This document shows, piece by piece, positions 24,416-33,238 of a stretch of 41,227 bases of DNA. This DNA comes from Candidatus Micrarchaeota archaeon (GTDB lineage: Archaea; Micrarchaeota; Micrarchaeia; Anstonellales; Bilamarchaeaceae): positions 1 through 41,227 of the forward strand of contig JALWZW010000050.1 in NCBI GenBank assembly GCA_026992595.1, written 5' to 3'. The notes under the pieces were generated by a model, which was not told where the DNA came from, searched no databases, and saw only the letters and a program-made list of their open reading frames with translations. The translations under genes were made by a program, and so were the position numbers. Position 1 is the first letter of the stretch, and every line of letters starts with the position of its first letter.

Positions 24416-27343
24416 ATGAGGCCCTATCCTTTAGTTGCGCTTTTATTTCTTTCTCTCTCTTACGCTGCAATTATAAACAGTTGCCAGTCCATCACTGCGT
24501 CTGGATATTATGAATTGGGCAACTCTTTGACAGATGGCGGCACCCCTTTTGGCTCTTTTGATGTTTGTATAAGAATAGCAAGCGATGATGTTACTCTTGA
24601 CTGCAAAGGATATAACATCACCGATAATGCGCCTTCTATAAGCTATGCTGCGGTTGCTATGGATAGCGTAAAAAATATCAACATCCAAAATTGCGTTTTT
24701 GAGCGCTATAACCATACCATCCATATTCAGAACTCTAAGAACATTGTTATACGCAATTCTCTCTTCTACCCTCCTGCGCCCGCTTCGCCTTCTGTGCATT
24801 CACGCTCTATCTATGTGGACGCTTCCTCTTTGGGCGACAATATTTCGGTCTCTAATGTAACATTTAAAGGAAATGAAAGCGCAACCGCTGCCTTTGCTTT
24901 TTATGGGAACGGCGCCAATGTTACCATCACCAACTCTACATTCTATAAATACTTTTTTGCGTTGGAGGTGGTGGGAGGCGTTGAGAATTTGACCATAAGC
25001 CGTAACAGTTTTAATCAAACTTTCCCTGTTCCTACTGTGGTGGAATATCTGCCCATTACAAACTTCAACACCACACGCTTTGTAAGGAACCGCATTTTTA
25101 GTTGCAAAGTTCGTTGTTTGCGGCCTCAAGGGGGAAGGTGGTTCATTGAGCATAATTTGTTTGAACTTGACCCTGTAGGCGCACACCCTATTCTTGCGAT
25201 AAACAACAATCTACTTCTCGTTTACAATAATACTTTTATAATCAAAAACTACACCGCTCTCTCTCCTTTTGCCTTAGCGATAGGTTTGCAGGATGTTAAT
25301 TATACTAATATAACGAAGGCATATATAGAAGGAAATGGGTATGCTGTAGGTGGTGTGGGCAGCGGGCCTGGCAGCTCTATCAACACCACCTATATTGAGC
25401 ATGTAGTTATGAATAATATCACAGGGAGAGGGATTGGGTTGGCTGATGTGAAAAAATTGGTGGTAAATGATGTAAATATAAGCTATGTTACGCCTTTAGG
25501 GCCTTTTGGCATTGGCCTTCTTTTTGCTAATGTGGGCGGGGATGTTGCAAATGTCCGCATTAAGGGCGCTCCTCAGGGTATGGTTTTTGACAAAAACAAC
25601 AACATTACTTTTAATAACATAATTATGGAGAATGGCTCTTTAGGGGTGTGGGTGTTTGAGTTTGCAAGCTCGCCTTCTAATCTTACTTTCAACAACCTCA
25701 CTGCAGCGCATTTTGACACTGCCATGAAGTTGGCTTCTTTCTATAACCTCACAATAAGAAATGGCCACTTTTATAACACTTCCACCGGCATCTGGGTTGC
25801 CTCTTATCCGTTTTTACCTGCCCTTAACCGCAACTTGGTATTTAATATTGCATTTGATAGACCTGCTGACGGCTTCACTGATTACACTAATCTAAGCTTA
25901 GTTGATGTGGTGTCTGGAAGTGAATCCTACAACATTTCCTGGTCCCCTCCTGTGCCTCCACCCCCCAACCTTACATCCTTTAATAACAAGTACATAGAAA
26001 TAATTAATGCCACTCCCACAAGCATAGACACTGTGGAGTGGCATTGGTTAGACAGCGAATTGGGAAGCTTTGATGAAACAGCATTTGAGTTGTGGAGTTA
26101 TAACGGGACAAATTGGACTATGAGGAGCAACACTCCAGACACAGTGCTTAACAAATTCACTTTAGCACCTCTTAACCAATTTAGCATCTTTGCCATTCTT
26201 GCCCCTCCGCCCACGCCCAGCGACGGAGGAGGCGGAGGAGGAGGTTTGGACAATCTTAATGTAGAACTATACACCGAGTGTAATTACAGCTATGTGAATG
26301 TAACATCAGGCGGAAATGCAGTAGATGGGGCATCTGTGCTTATAACAGACCTTTACGGCCTGCCTGTTGCTTCAGGGCAGACAGATAGCAACGGCATTCT
26401 GGGCTTTGCATCCTCCTGTGGTCAGGACCTTTGGATTAGAGTGAGCAAGAGCGGCTATTATCCTGAAAGCATAATAAGAAGCACCATTGACTGCTCTCAA
26501 TGTGTAAGCCCCTGCCCGCCGGGCCAACAGCTTATAAATGGCAGTTGCCAAAGCCCACCCCCGCCAGATTGCGGCTGCGGCTATTTTGATGCTGATTTGC
26601 AGCAATGCGTAGCATTCCAATGCTGCTCTGATGCTGATTGCCCTCAGGGCTATGGCTGTGTGGATAACAGCTGCCAACCCCAGGGCTGTTTAAGCAATGA
26701 GGATTGCAGAGAGGAGGAGTACTGCGATATCCCGCCCAATGCTTTGGTGGGCAGTTGCAAGCAGGTGGAGGGGGTGTGCGGCTATCCCGCTAACCACACT
26801 TGGATTATGTATGAGTGTGGAGAGGAAGAGGGCTGCCCCTCGTGCAGCAGAGGGGTTTGTGAGAACAGGCAATGCATTATTTACAGCATAGAATGCCCTG
26901 AGCAGGTGCAGGAGGGAGAGGAGATTGTGTGCGAGGTGAGGCGGGATGGCAGTTTATGCAGCAACTGTGAGGTGCTGGTTAAAGACCCGGAGCAGGTGAG
27001 GAGAAGCTTTGCTACAGACAGCCAGGGGCTGCTTAGGATTAAGGCAGAAAAGATAGGGGCTTATCTCTTTGAGGTGGGCGGCTCTACTGCAACCACAGAG
27101 GTTTATAGAATAATAAAGGAGAAAGAGGAGGGGGTGCCTTGGCTGCAAATATGCTTAGCGGTGTTGGCGCTGCTGCTGCTTGCGCTCTGGTGCTGGAGGA
27201 GGAAGAAGGCAGAGGAAGAGAGGATAAAGAAGCTTTATAAAGAAGGGAAGATTAGCAAGAGGGCGATGGAGAGGATGCTGGAGGAGTTGAAGAAAAAGCA
27301 CTGCTGGGAGAAGTTTGAGGAGGAGGAAGAAAAATTAAAATAA
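24416..27343 (+). CDS. Large membrane-anchored surface protein: signal peptide, right-handed beta-helix repeats, Gly linker, CarboxypepD_reg-like domain, Cys-rich module, C-terminal TM and charged tail
   Basis: The ORF track starts at 24353. The ATG at 24416 gives signal-like MRPYPLVALLFLSLSYA. PbH1-like repeats (NINIQNCVF..., NIVIRNSLF...). More than 30 N-x-S/T sequons by hand count. A G7 run. VLITDLYGLPVASGQTDSNGILGF...VSKSGYY. A Cys-rich block (CSDADCPQGYGCVDNSCQ...). TM LQICLAVLALLLLALWCW followed by RRKKAEEE.... Confidence 0.8.
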   Translation: MRPYPLVALLFLSLSYAAIINSCQSITASGYYELGNSLTDGGTPFGSFDVCIRIASDDVTLDCKGYNITDNAPSISYAAVAMDSVKNINIQNCVFERYNHTIHIQNSKNIVIRNSLFYPPAPASPSVHSRSIYVDASSLGDNISVSNVTFKGNESATAAFAFYGNGANVTITNSTFYKYFFALEVVGGVENLTISRNSFNQTFPVPTVVEYLPITNFNTTRFVRNRIFSCKVRCLRPQGGRWFIEHNLFELDPVGAHPILAINNNLLLVYNNTFIIKNYTALSPFALAIGLQDVNYTNITKAYIEGNGYAVGGVGSGPGSSINTTYIEHVVMNNITGRGIGLADVKKLVVNDVNISYVTPLGPFGIGLLFANVGGDVANVRIKGAPQGMVFDKNNNITFNNIIMENGSLGVWVFEFASSPSNLTFNNLTAAHFDTAMKLASFYNLTIRNGHFYNTSTGIWVASYPFLPALNRNLVFNIAFDRPADGFTDYTNLSLVDVVSGSESYNISWSPPVPPPPNLTSFNNKYIEIINATPTSIDTVEWHWLDSELGSFDETAFELWSYNGTNWTMRSNTPDTVLNKFTLAPLNQFSIFAILAPPPTPSDGGGGGGGLDNLNVELYTECNYSYVNVTSGGNAVDGASVLITDLYGLPVASGQTDSNGILGFASSCGQDLWIRVSKSGYYPESIIRSTIDCSQCVSPCPPGQQLINGSCQSPPPPDCGCGYFDADLQQCVAFQCCSDADCPQGYGCVDNSCQPQGCLSNEDCREEEYCDIPPNALVGSCKQVEGVCGYPANHTWIMYECGEEEGCPSCSRGVCENRQCIIYSIECPEQVQEGEEIVCEVRRDGSLCSNCEVLVKDPEQVRRSFATDSQGLLRIKAEKIGAYLFEVGGSTATTEVYRIIKEKEEGVPWLQICLAVLALLLLALWCWRRKKAEEERIKKLYKEGKISKRAMERMLEELKKKHCWEKFEEEEEKLK

Positions 27344-27477
27344 AACCACTCCCGCAGGCCATTTAATCAAACCTTTACCCCAAAAACCCCAAACCGTACG
27401 CTCTTCCTCAGGTGTTTTTGATCAAACTTTTGACCTTAGAATAACAGTAGAAAAAAGTTTGAGGGGAAAAGGATAAA

Positions 27478-27575
27478 CATTTTTAAACCCCTCGGGGTAT
27501 ATGAAATATTGCGCGGCCTTTTTAGGCGCCTCATTATGAGGTCCCCGCTGAGCAAAAAAGGGGCGACGCGCGGAG
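27478..27575 (+). promoter_or_regulatory. Promoter (TATA-like CATTTTTAAAC) and structured 5' leader of the uL3 operon
   Basis: TATA-like box at 27478-27488. Downstream, 27511-27573 can fold as GCGCG...CGCGC enclosing hairpins CCTCA-TTA-TGAGG (27529-27541) and CCCC-N13-GGGG (27543-27563). GGAG lies just before the start codons. Confidence 0.3.
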
Positions 27576-28505
27576 TTGGTGTGTGTGGTGGATATTAGAA
27601 GACCGAGAAGAGGTTCAATGGCGTTTAGGCCAAGAAAGAGGGCTGAACATCAGCGCATAAATTGGGTCCCTCATCCTGAAAAAAGAGTGTTGGGATTTGC
27701 TGGTTATAAAGTAGGGATGGTTCAACTTGCTTACATAGATGATAGCAACAGCCCCACTAAGGGACAGGAAGTGGTAGGCGCAGGCACTGTGGTAGAGGTC
27801 CCTCCTTTAACAGTGTATGGAATGCGCCTTTATGCAGGTAAGCGCTCTATAGGGGATGTTCTTACAGAGGATGAAAATATTCTTAAAATGCTTGGCGGCA
27901 AGCATAAGGCGGGCTGTGAGGGAAAGGCAGAAGATGTGCGCCTTCTCGCTTTTACCGCCCCCTCTAAAACAACTATAGGTAAAAAGCATATTGAGCGTTT
28001 AGAGATTGGGTGCGGTGGGGGAAGCGTGGATGAGAAATTAGAGTTGGCGCGCTCCCTTTTAGGAAAGCAATTGCGCTTTTCTGATGTGTTTAAGTCGGGC
28101 GAATATGTGGATGTGGTGAGTATCACTAAAGGAAAAGGTTGGCAGGGCGCAGTTAAAAGGTTTGGTGTAAAAAAGCAACGGAGAAAGGCAACAGGTAGAG
28201 TGAGGCATGTTGGTACTTTAGGTCCTTTCCACCCTCCTTATGTGATGTACACCGTTCCTCAAGCAGGGCAGATGGGCTACCATAAGCGTACAGAATTGAA
28301 TAAAAGAATAATGCTCATGGGTGATGACCCTTCTAAAATAAACAGGCCGGGCGGCTTTGCGCACTATGGAGTGGTGAAAAATGATTATGTGGTGCTTAAG
28401 GGCTCCATTCCTGGCCCTGCCAAGCGGCTTGTTAAAATGCGCCTTGCGGTGAGGCCGCCCACTAAAGATGTGAAAGAGGTTAAGGTGAATGAGGTGATCT
28501 TGTGA
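27576..28505 (+). CDS. rpl3: 50S ribosomal protein uL3
   Basis: RRPRRGSMAFRPRKRA N-terminus, ...GKGWQGAVKRFGV... and FGVKKQRRKA. Start is ambiguous among TTG 27576 and GTG 27579, 27585 and 27588. Confidence 0.93.
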   Translation: MVCVVDIRRPRRGSMAFRPRKRAEHQRINWVPHPEKRVLGFAGYKVGMVQLAYIDDSNSPTKGQEVVGAGTVVEVPPLTVYGMRLYAGKRSIGDVLTEDENILKMLGGKHKAGCEGKAEDVRLLAFTAPSKTTIGKKHIERLEIGCGGGSVDEKLELARSLLGKQLRFSDVFKSGEYVDVVSITKGKGWQGAVKRFGVKKQRRKATGRVRHVGTLGPFHPPYVMYTVPQAGQMGYHKRTELNKRIMLMGDDPSKINRPGGFAHYGVVKNDYVVLKGSIPGPAKRLVKMRLAVRPPTKDVKEVKVNEVIL

Positions 28506-29248
28506 AAGTGCCTTTATATTCTTTAGAGGGAAAAGAGATTGACCAAATAGCGCTTCCCGCCCTATTCCAAACTCCTTTGCGTCCTGATTTGATAAGAAGG
28601 GCGGTGCTAAGCGAAGAAAGTTATGAAAAGCAGCCAAAAGGCAATTATAGATATGCAGGTTTAGAAACCTCTGCTAAATACCGCGGTAGAAAGGACACTT
28701 ACGCAACCATTAAAAATAGAGGTATTCCTCACCTTCCGCATGAGGTGCTTCCTAAAGGGCGCTTTGGTAAAGTTAAAAGGGTGCCTCATGCGGTGAAAGG
28801 AAGACGCGCCCATCCCCCTAAAGTGAATAAAAAGATTCACGAAGAGATTAATAGAAAGGAGTATCGCTTGGCGCTTGCCTCTGCCCTTTCTTACACCGCT
28901 CACAGCGAACAGGTCTCTTCGCGCATGGGTGTAAAATATGAAAAAGCGCTACCCATTGTGGTGGAAGATAAAATAGAAAAACTCTCAAAAACAAAGGAGG
29001 CGGTGGCGCTTTTTAAGGCGTTGGGCTTGGAGCAGTTGTTGGCAAAGGCAAAGGAAAAAGGGTCAAAAGCGCCTTTGATAGTTCTTAAGGAAGGCAACAA
29101 AAAATTTGCACAAAACCTCCCGGGCGTGGATGTGGTTCATGTAGATGAACTTCTTGTAAAGCATTTAGCGCCCGGCACCCATCCAGGGCGTTTAACTGTT
29201 TTTTCTGCTTCTGCGATTAAAGAGATAGAAAGGAGGTTTAAAGAATGA
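28502..29248 (+). CDS. rpl4: 50S ribosomal protein uL4
   Basis: GTGA overlap with rpl3. Archaeal L4/L1e-like sequence (RPDLIRRAVLSE...QPKG) in the conserved gene-order position. Confidence 0.9.
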   Translation: MKVPLYSLEGKEIDQIALPALFQTPLRPDLIRRAVLSEESYEKQPKGNYRYAGLETSAKYRGRKDTYATIKNRGIPHLPHEVLPKGRFGKVKRVPHAVKGRRAHPPKVNKKIHEEINRKEYRLALASALSYTAHSEQVSSRMGVKYEKALPIVVEDKIEKLSKTKEAVALFKALGLEQLLAKAKEKGSKAPLIVLKEGNKKFAQNLPGVDVVHVDELLVKHLAPGTHPGRLTVFSASAIKEIERRFKE

Positions 29249-29496
29249 TTATAATAGAACCTGTTAAAACAGAAAAGGCGATAAAGCAAATTGAGGAGCA
29301 AAACACCCTTACTTTCATAGTGTCTGACAGAGCTACTAAGAAGGAGATAAAGGAAGAAGTGGAGCGTTTGTTTGGCGTAAAAGTAAAAAATGTGCGCACG
29401 CAAATAACTTCTAAAGGCAAAAAGAGGGCTTTTGTGCGCTTGGAGAAGGAGCATAAGGCAGAAGATGTGGCCCTTAAGCTTAAGATGATTGGTTGA
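29245..29496 (+). CDS. rpl23: 50S ribosomal protein uL23
   Basis: ATGA overlap with rpl4. 83 aa. The KEEVERLFGVKVKNVRT pattern is typical of L23. Confidence 0.9.
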   Translation: MIIIEPVKTEKAIKQIEEQNTLTFIVSDRATKKEIKEEVERLFGVKVKNVRTQITSKGKKRAFVRLEKEHKAEDVALKLKMIG

Positions 29497-29508
29497 TGGT
29501 GGTATGTT

Positions 29509-30258
29509 ATGGGTAAAAGATTAAAGCAGCAAAGGAGAGGGAAGGGAACTCCCCGCTACCGTGCCCCTAGCCACAGGTATAAAGCTGATTTAAGGTTTAG
29601 AACTTATGATGATGTGGAAAAGACAGGGATGCTGAGGGCTAAAGTGCTGAGATTTGTGGATGACCCTGCAAGGACCGCGCTTTTAATGGAAGTGCAGTAT
29701 GATAATGGGGAGAAAGGATTTTTGCTTGCCCCTGAAGGCATCGCGATAGGGGATGAATTTGATGTGGGGGCGCAGGGAAAAATAAGGTTGGGAAGCGTCC
29801 TTCCCCTTTATTCCATTCCTGAAGGATTTTATGTGTATAACATTGAGAAGGAGCCGGGAGATGGCGGCAAGTTTGTAAGAAGTTCTGGCTCTTTCGGCAT
29901 TCTTATTTCAAAAGAGGAGGGAAAGGCATACATCCAGTTGCCCAGCAAGAGAAAGATTGTGGTTTCTACAGAATGCAGGGCGCAGATTGGCGTGGTCGCT
30001 GGTGCAGGAAGGGTAGAGCCACCGCTTTTAAAGGCAGGGAATAATTATTATAAAAAGAAGGCACAAAATAAATTGTGGCCTGTTGTGAGAGGTGTCCATC
30101 AGGCCGCTTACAATCACCCTCATGGTGGTAAGCAGCACCATGCAGGTAAGCCCACCACAGTGGCGCGCGGAACTCCGCCCGGCGCAAAAGTTGGTCATAT
30201 TGCTGCTAGGAGAACTGGTAGGAGAAAAGGTAAAAAAAGCAAGGGTGAATCTGCATGA
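29509..30258 (+). CDS. rpl2: 50S ribosomal protein uL2
   Basis: MGKRLKQQRRGKGTPRYRAPSH N-terminus and C-terminal HPHGGG-like HPHGGKQHHAGKPTTV. Confidence 0.95.
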   Translation: MGKRLKQQRRGKGTPRYRAPSHRYKADLRFRTYDDVEKTGMLRAKVLRFVDDPARTALLMEVQYDNGEKGFLLAPEGIAIGDEFDVGAQGKIRLGSVLPLYSIPEGFYVYNIEKEPGDGGKFVRSSGSFGILISKEEGKAYIQLPSKRKIVVSTECRAQIGVVAGAGRVEPPLLKAGNNYYKKKAQNKLWPVVRGVHQAAYNHPHGGKQHHAGKPTTVARGTPPGAKVGHIAARRTGRRKGKKSKGESA

Positions 30259-30662
30259 TTAAGAAAGATGTGTGGAGAGGTATTCCAGAGGAAAAAATCT
30301 CTTCTTTAAGCATTGAGGAGTTTGTTAAATTAATTCCTGCAAGAGAGAGGAGAACGGTTTTAAGGGCCGTAAGCGGTAAGAATAAGCGGTTTAAGCAGTT
30401 GATAGATAAGGTGAGGAAATTGAAGGCACAGGGAAAGGCAAACAAAGTGATAAGAACCCATGTGCGCTCTGCAGTCATTCTTCCTGAATGGTTAGGATTG
30501 ACTTTTGGAGTACACAATGGCAAAGAGTTTAAAAAGGTGGAGATCACCCTTCACCGCATAGGAAAGAGGTTAGGCGACTTCTCACACACCACAGGTAGGG
30601 TGGTCCATTCAGGGCCTGGTGTAGGTGCTACTAGAGGTTCTAAATTTGTGCCCCTGAAGTGA
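30255..30662 (+). CDS. rps19: 30S ribosomal protein uS19
   Basis: ATGA overlap with rpl2. GLTFGVHNGKEF...LGDFSHT motif. Confidence 0.93.
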   Translation: MIKKDVWRGIPEEKISSLSIEEFVKLIPARERRTVLRAVSGKNKRFKQLIDKVRKLKAQGKANKVIRTHVRSAVILPEWLGLTFGVHNGKEFKKVEITLHRIGKRLGDFSHTTGRVVHSGPGVGATRGSKFVPLK

Positions 30663-30666
30663 TAGT

Positions 30667-31131
30667 ATGAAAGGATACACACACGCGCCTGATGAAAAAT
30701 GCGCTTATGCAAGGTTGGAAGGAGTGAATGCCTCTTACAAAGACCTTTCCGAGGTATGCGGAGTGATTAGACGCAAAAGAGTGGAATGGGCAGTTTCCTT
30801 TTTGCAAAAGGCGGCTGCGGGCGAGGTGCCTGTAAGGTACAGGCGCCACAACAAAAAACTTGCTCACAGAAGAGAATTGGGAGGTAAAAAGGGAAGGTAC
30901 CCCAAGAAAGCCGCTAAAATAGTGCTCAAAGTGCTGAAGAGCGCTTTGGCTAATGGGATAAATAAAGGTTTAGGTGAAAAATATGTGGTAAGGTCTGCGG
31001 TGGCCAACAAAAAACACATCTACCCGCGCGTGGCGCCTAAGGGCAGATGGGCAAGGTCTTATTTGGAAACCGCGCGCGTGGAAATTGTTTTGGAGGCGGT
31101 TAATGATGATACATCAAGAAAAGTTGATTGA
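30667..31131 (+). CDS. rpl22: 50S ribosomal protein uL22
   Basis: 154 aa. YKDLSEVCGVIRRKRVEWAVSFL and the gene-order position. Confidence 0.9.
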   Translation: MKGYTHAPDEKCAYARLEGVNASYKDLSEVCGVIRRKRVEWAVSFLQKAAAGEVPVRYRRHNKKLAHRRELGGKKGRYPKKAAKIVLKVLKSALANGINKGLGEKYVVRSAVANKKHIYPRVAPKGRWARSYLETARVEIVLEAVNDDTSRKVD

Positions 31132-31930
31132 AGAGCCGTTTGAGAAGTTGCAGATAATGCGCTATTTGGAGCAGCGTTTAGAGAGGGCAGGATTGGCAAG
31201 CGTGGATATTCAAAGAACGCCTATCATGACAAGGATTGCGGTAGAAGTGGTTAATCCCGCAAGGATTATAGGAAAGAAGGGGCGGTTGATAAATGAGCTT
31301 ACAGAGGAAATAAAGCGGAAGTTTAATTTAGACAACCCTCAAATAACGGTTATTCAGATTAAAAACCCTTATTTAGAGCCGCGCATTGTGGCAAAAAAGG
31401 CGGCGCGCTATATAGAGATGGGTAAAAAGGTGCGCGCTGTTCTCCACTCTATGTTGAGGGAGATTATAAAATCAGGTGCGTTGGGCGCGGAAATTGTGGC
31501 TGCAGGAAAGATAGGTGCAAAAGGTGCAAGGGCGAAGAAATTGAGAGTAAGGGCTGGTTATATTCCTAAAGCAGGGGAGCCGGTAAGGGCGGTAAAGGAG
31601 GCCCACATTGCTGCAAACACGCGTTCTGGTGTGATTGGGGTTTTAGTGAGAATTGTGCCGCCGGGTACCGAGTTCCCGGATAAAAAGGTGGAAAAGGAGG
31701 TTGTGCTTCCTAAGGTGATAGAAAGCGCTCCTTCTATTGAAAAGAGGAAAGAGAGCAGGGAGGTGGAAAAAGGAGAAAGCAAGAAAGAGGAAAGCAAAGA
31801 AGTGAAAGAAGGGGGCGAGAAGGGAGAGGAAAAGGGCAAGGGAGAAAAAAAGGAAGCGGAGAGAAAGGAAGGAAGTAGCGAGGGCAAGGAGGAAAAGGAG
31901 GTAGAGCATGGAAGTGGAAAAGGAAATTGA
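31103..31930 (+). CDS. rps3: 30S ribosomal protein uS3 with a KE-rich C-terminal extension
   Basis: ATG at 31103 after GGAGGCGG (ORF track TTG at 31085). KH-domain region IIGKKGRLINELTEEI. The C-terminal 60-odd residues are Lys/Glu/Gly low-complexity sequence. Confidence 0.9.
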   Translation: MMIHQEKLIEEPFEKLQIMRYLEQRLERAGLASVDIQRTPIMTRIAVEVVNPARIIGKKGRLINELTEEIKRKFNLDNPQITVIQIKNPYLEPRIVAKKAARYIEMGKKVRAVLHSMLREIIKSGALGAEIVAAGKIGAKGARAKKLRVRAGYIPKAGEPVRAVKEAHIAANTRSGVIGVLVRIVPPGTEFPDKKVEKEVVLPKVIESAPSIEKRKESREVEKGESKKEESKEVKEGGEKGEEKGKGEKKEAERKEGSSEGKEEKEVEHGSGKGN

Positions 31931-32075
31931 AAAGTTGGAAAGGGCAATATTGGAATTAAGGGCGCAGGGAGAAAAAAGCAAGATAAAACCGCTCAAAAAG
32001 CGCATAGCAGCGCTTAAACTTCAGTTATCGAGCAGCAAGGGAGGGAAAGGGAGCAATGAAAATAAGAGCGGCTAA
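31908..32075 (+). CDS. rpl29: 50S ribosomal protein uL29 (short form)
   Basis: 55-aa ORF, below the track cut-off, translated by hand: MEVEKEIEKLERAILELRAQGEKSKIKPLKKRIAALKLQLSSSKGGKGSNENKSG. The L29-like ...ELRAQ...IK..KKRIA pattern sits in the expected position after rps3. Overlaps the rps3 3' end by 23 nt. Confidence 0.6.
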   Translation: MEVEKEIEKLERAILELRAQGEKSKIKPLKKRIAALKLQLSSSKGGKGSNENKSG

Positions 32076-32127
32076 CCGAAACATTTAAAAATACTCAAAG
32101 CCACTACTTATATAGGTGATAGCAGAG

Positions 32128-32430
32128 ATGGAGAAATGTTTGAAATGTGGTTTGGATAAGGACCTTTGCGTTTGTGAAGTGCTTGATAAGGAGGCAGCAA
32201 CTAAAATAAAGGTTTACACCACTAAAAAGAAATTTAGAAAATTGGTTACTATTATAGAAGGGATTGATAAATCTCAATTGGCCAAAACCACTAAAGAGTT
32301 GAAGCAAAAGTTGGCATGCGGCGGCACTGCAAAAGACGGCTTAATAATTTTGCAAGGAGACCACAAGGCAAAGGTTAAAGAAGTGCTTAAAAAGTTTGGC
32401 TATCCTTCTGAAAATATAGAAGTGACTTGA
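32128..32430 (+). CDS. sui1: Translation initiation factor aSUI1 (eIF1 homolog)
   Basis: MEKCLKCGLDKDLCVCE zinc-knuckle-like N-terminus, KLVTIIEGID and LKQKLACGGTAKDG...LQGDH. TATA-like ACTTATATAGG lies upstream. The ORF track begins at GTG 32116. Confidence 0.9.
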   Translation: MEKCLKCGLDKDLCVCEVLDKEAATKIKVYTTKKKFRKLVTIIEGIDKSQLAKTTKELKQKLACGGTAKDGLIILQGDHKAKVKEVLKKFGYPSENIEVT

Positions 32431-32714
32431 TGAGAGCAAAACTTCTTCCTTACTCTACTTTTATTGGCTATGAAGTGGAAGTAATAAATGCAACCAACCC
32501 TTCTTTAATAGGGATTAAGGGCAAGGTGGTGGATGAGACAAAAAATCTGCTTATTGTGAAAACTGAAAAAAAAGAGGTGAAGGTCCCTAAAAACAACGCG
32601 GTTTTTAGATTTTATTTAAATAATGAATATGTGGATGTTAGCGGTTGGGCAATCTCTTTCCGTCCCCACGAAAGGCCTAAAAAGGTGAAAGAATGGAGGT
32701 TGTTATCGCCTTAG
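32430..32714 (+). CDS. rnp1: RNase P protein component 1 (Rpp29/Pop4)
   Basis: FIGYEVEVINATNPSLIGIKGKVVDETKNLLIV...VPK...FRF is the Rpp29 signature. Start is TTG 32427 or ATG 32430, overlapping the sui1 stop. Confidence 0.85.
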   Translation: MRAKLLPYSTFIGYEVEVINATNPSLIGIKGKVVDETKNLLIVKTEKKEVKVPKNNAVFRFYLNNEYVDVSGWAISFRPHERPKKVKEWRLLSP

Positions 32715-33238
32715 ATGATTATGAAGATATTTTTGATGATTTTGATATAAGGCCTTATGGAACGCGCAACATCTCGGCTGACTTCCTTCATGAGGTGCTT
32801 TCCAGAATAAAAAACATCCCTACACCTTCTAAACTTATTCTAACTCTCCCTAAATATAAACGCGTAAAAAAAGATGAGAAAAAGATTGCGCAAAGGCTAA
32901 AGCTCTTTTTTAAGGAAAGAGCGGCCTTTTTTAAAGAAAGGCGGGAGGCACTTCTTAAAAAGGCCCTTATTTTCATAGTGATAGGGCTTATTTTTTCTTA
33001 TGTGGGATATGTGGTTTATGCAGGTGAGGAGGCGCTCCAATTTGTGGCAGAACTCTTTTTTGTAGGCACCTATTTTTTTGTATGGAATGGTTTTAGTTAT
33101 ATGTTTTTCTCTTCTCGCAGGTTAGAGGAGAAGAACAGGATTTATGCGGCGCTGGAGCAACTGGAGATTGTTTTTGAGAATGAGGAGAAGATAGAGAAGC
33201 ATTTTAACAATAAACATTCGTCTATTGCCAAAAGATAG
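32693..33238 (+). CDS. Hypothetical 2-TM membrane protein
   Basis: 181 aa. Acidic N-terminus (DDYEDIFDDFDIRPYG) and two TM helices (LIFIVIGLIFSYVGYVVY, FVAELFFVGTYFFVWNGFSYMFF). Overlaps the rnp1 3' end by 22 nt. No recognisable family. Confidence 0.55.
   Translation: MEVVIALDDYEDIFDDFDIRPYGTRNISADFLHEVLSRIKNIPTPSKLILTLPKYKRVKKDEKKIAQRLKLFFKERAAFFKERREALLKKALIFIVIGLIFSYVGYVVYAGEEALQFVAELFFVGTYFFVWNGFSYMFFSSRRLEEKNRIYAALEQLEIVFENEEKIEKHFNNKHSSIAKR

Noticed and set aside
24443-25186. Two minus-strand ORFs (118 and 128 aa)
   Set aside because: They are antisense to the beta-helix region of the large surface protein and have no motifs.
26225-26245. GGAGGAGGCGGAGGAGGAGGT purine-rich tract resembling stacked Shine-Dalgarno sites or a simple repeat
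   Set aside because: It is in frame within the surface-protein CDS and encodes a Gly7 interdomain linker.
27498-27536. Tiny ORF (MKYCAAFLGASL) in the rpl3 leader
   Set aside because: It is 12 codons long with no ribosome-binding context. The RNA-structure interpretation of the leader is more economical, and itself remains tentative.
28218-28637. 139-aa minus-strand ORF
   Set aside because: It is antisense across the rpl3/rpl4 junction, where the ribosomal protein frames are unambiguous.
31558-32005. Two minus-strand ORFs (129 and 120 aa) with Ser/Phe/Leu/Pro-rich translations
   Set aside because: They are an artefact of the purine-rich (GAA/AAG/GGA) coding sequence of the uS3 tail and uL29, and are antisense low-complexity sequence.
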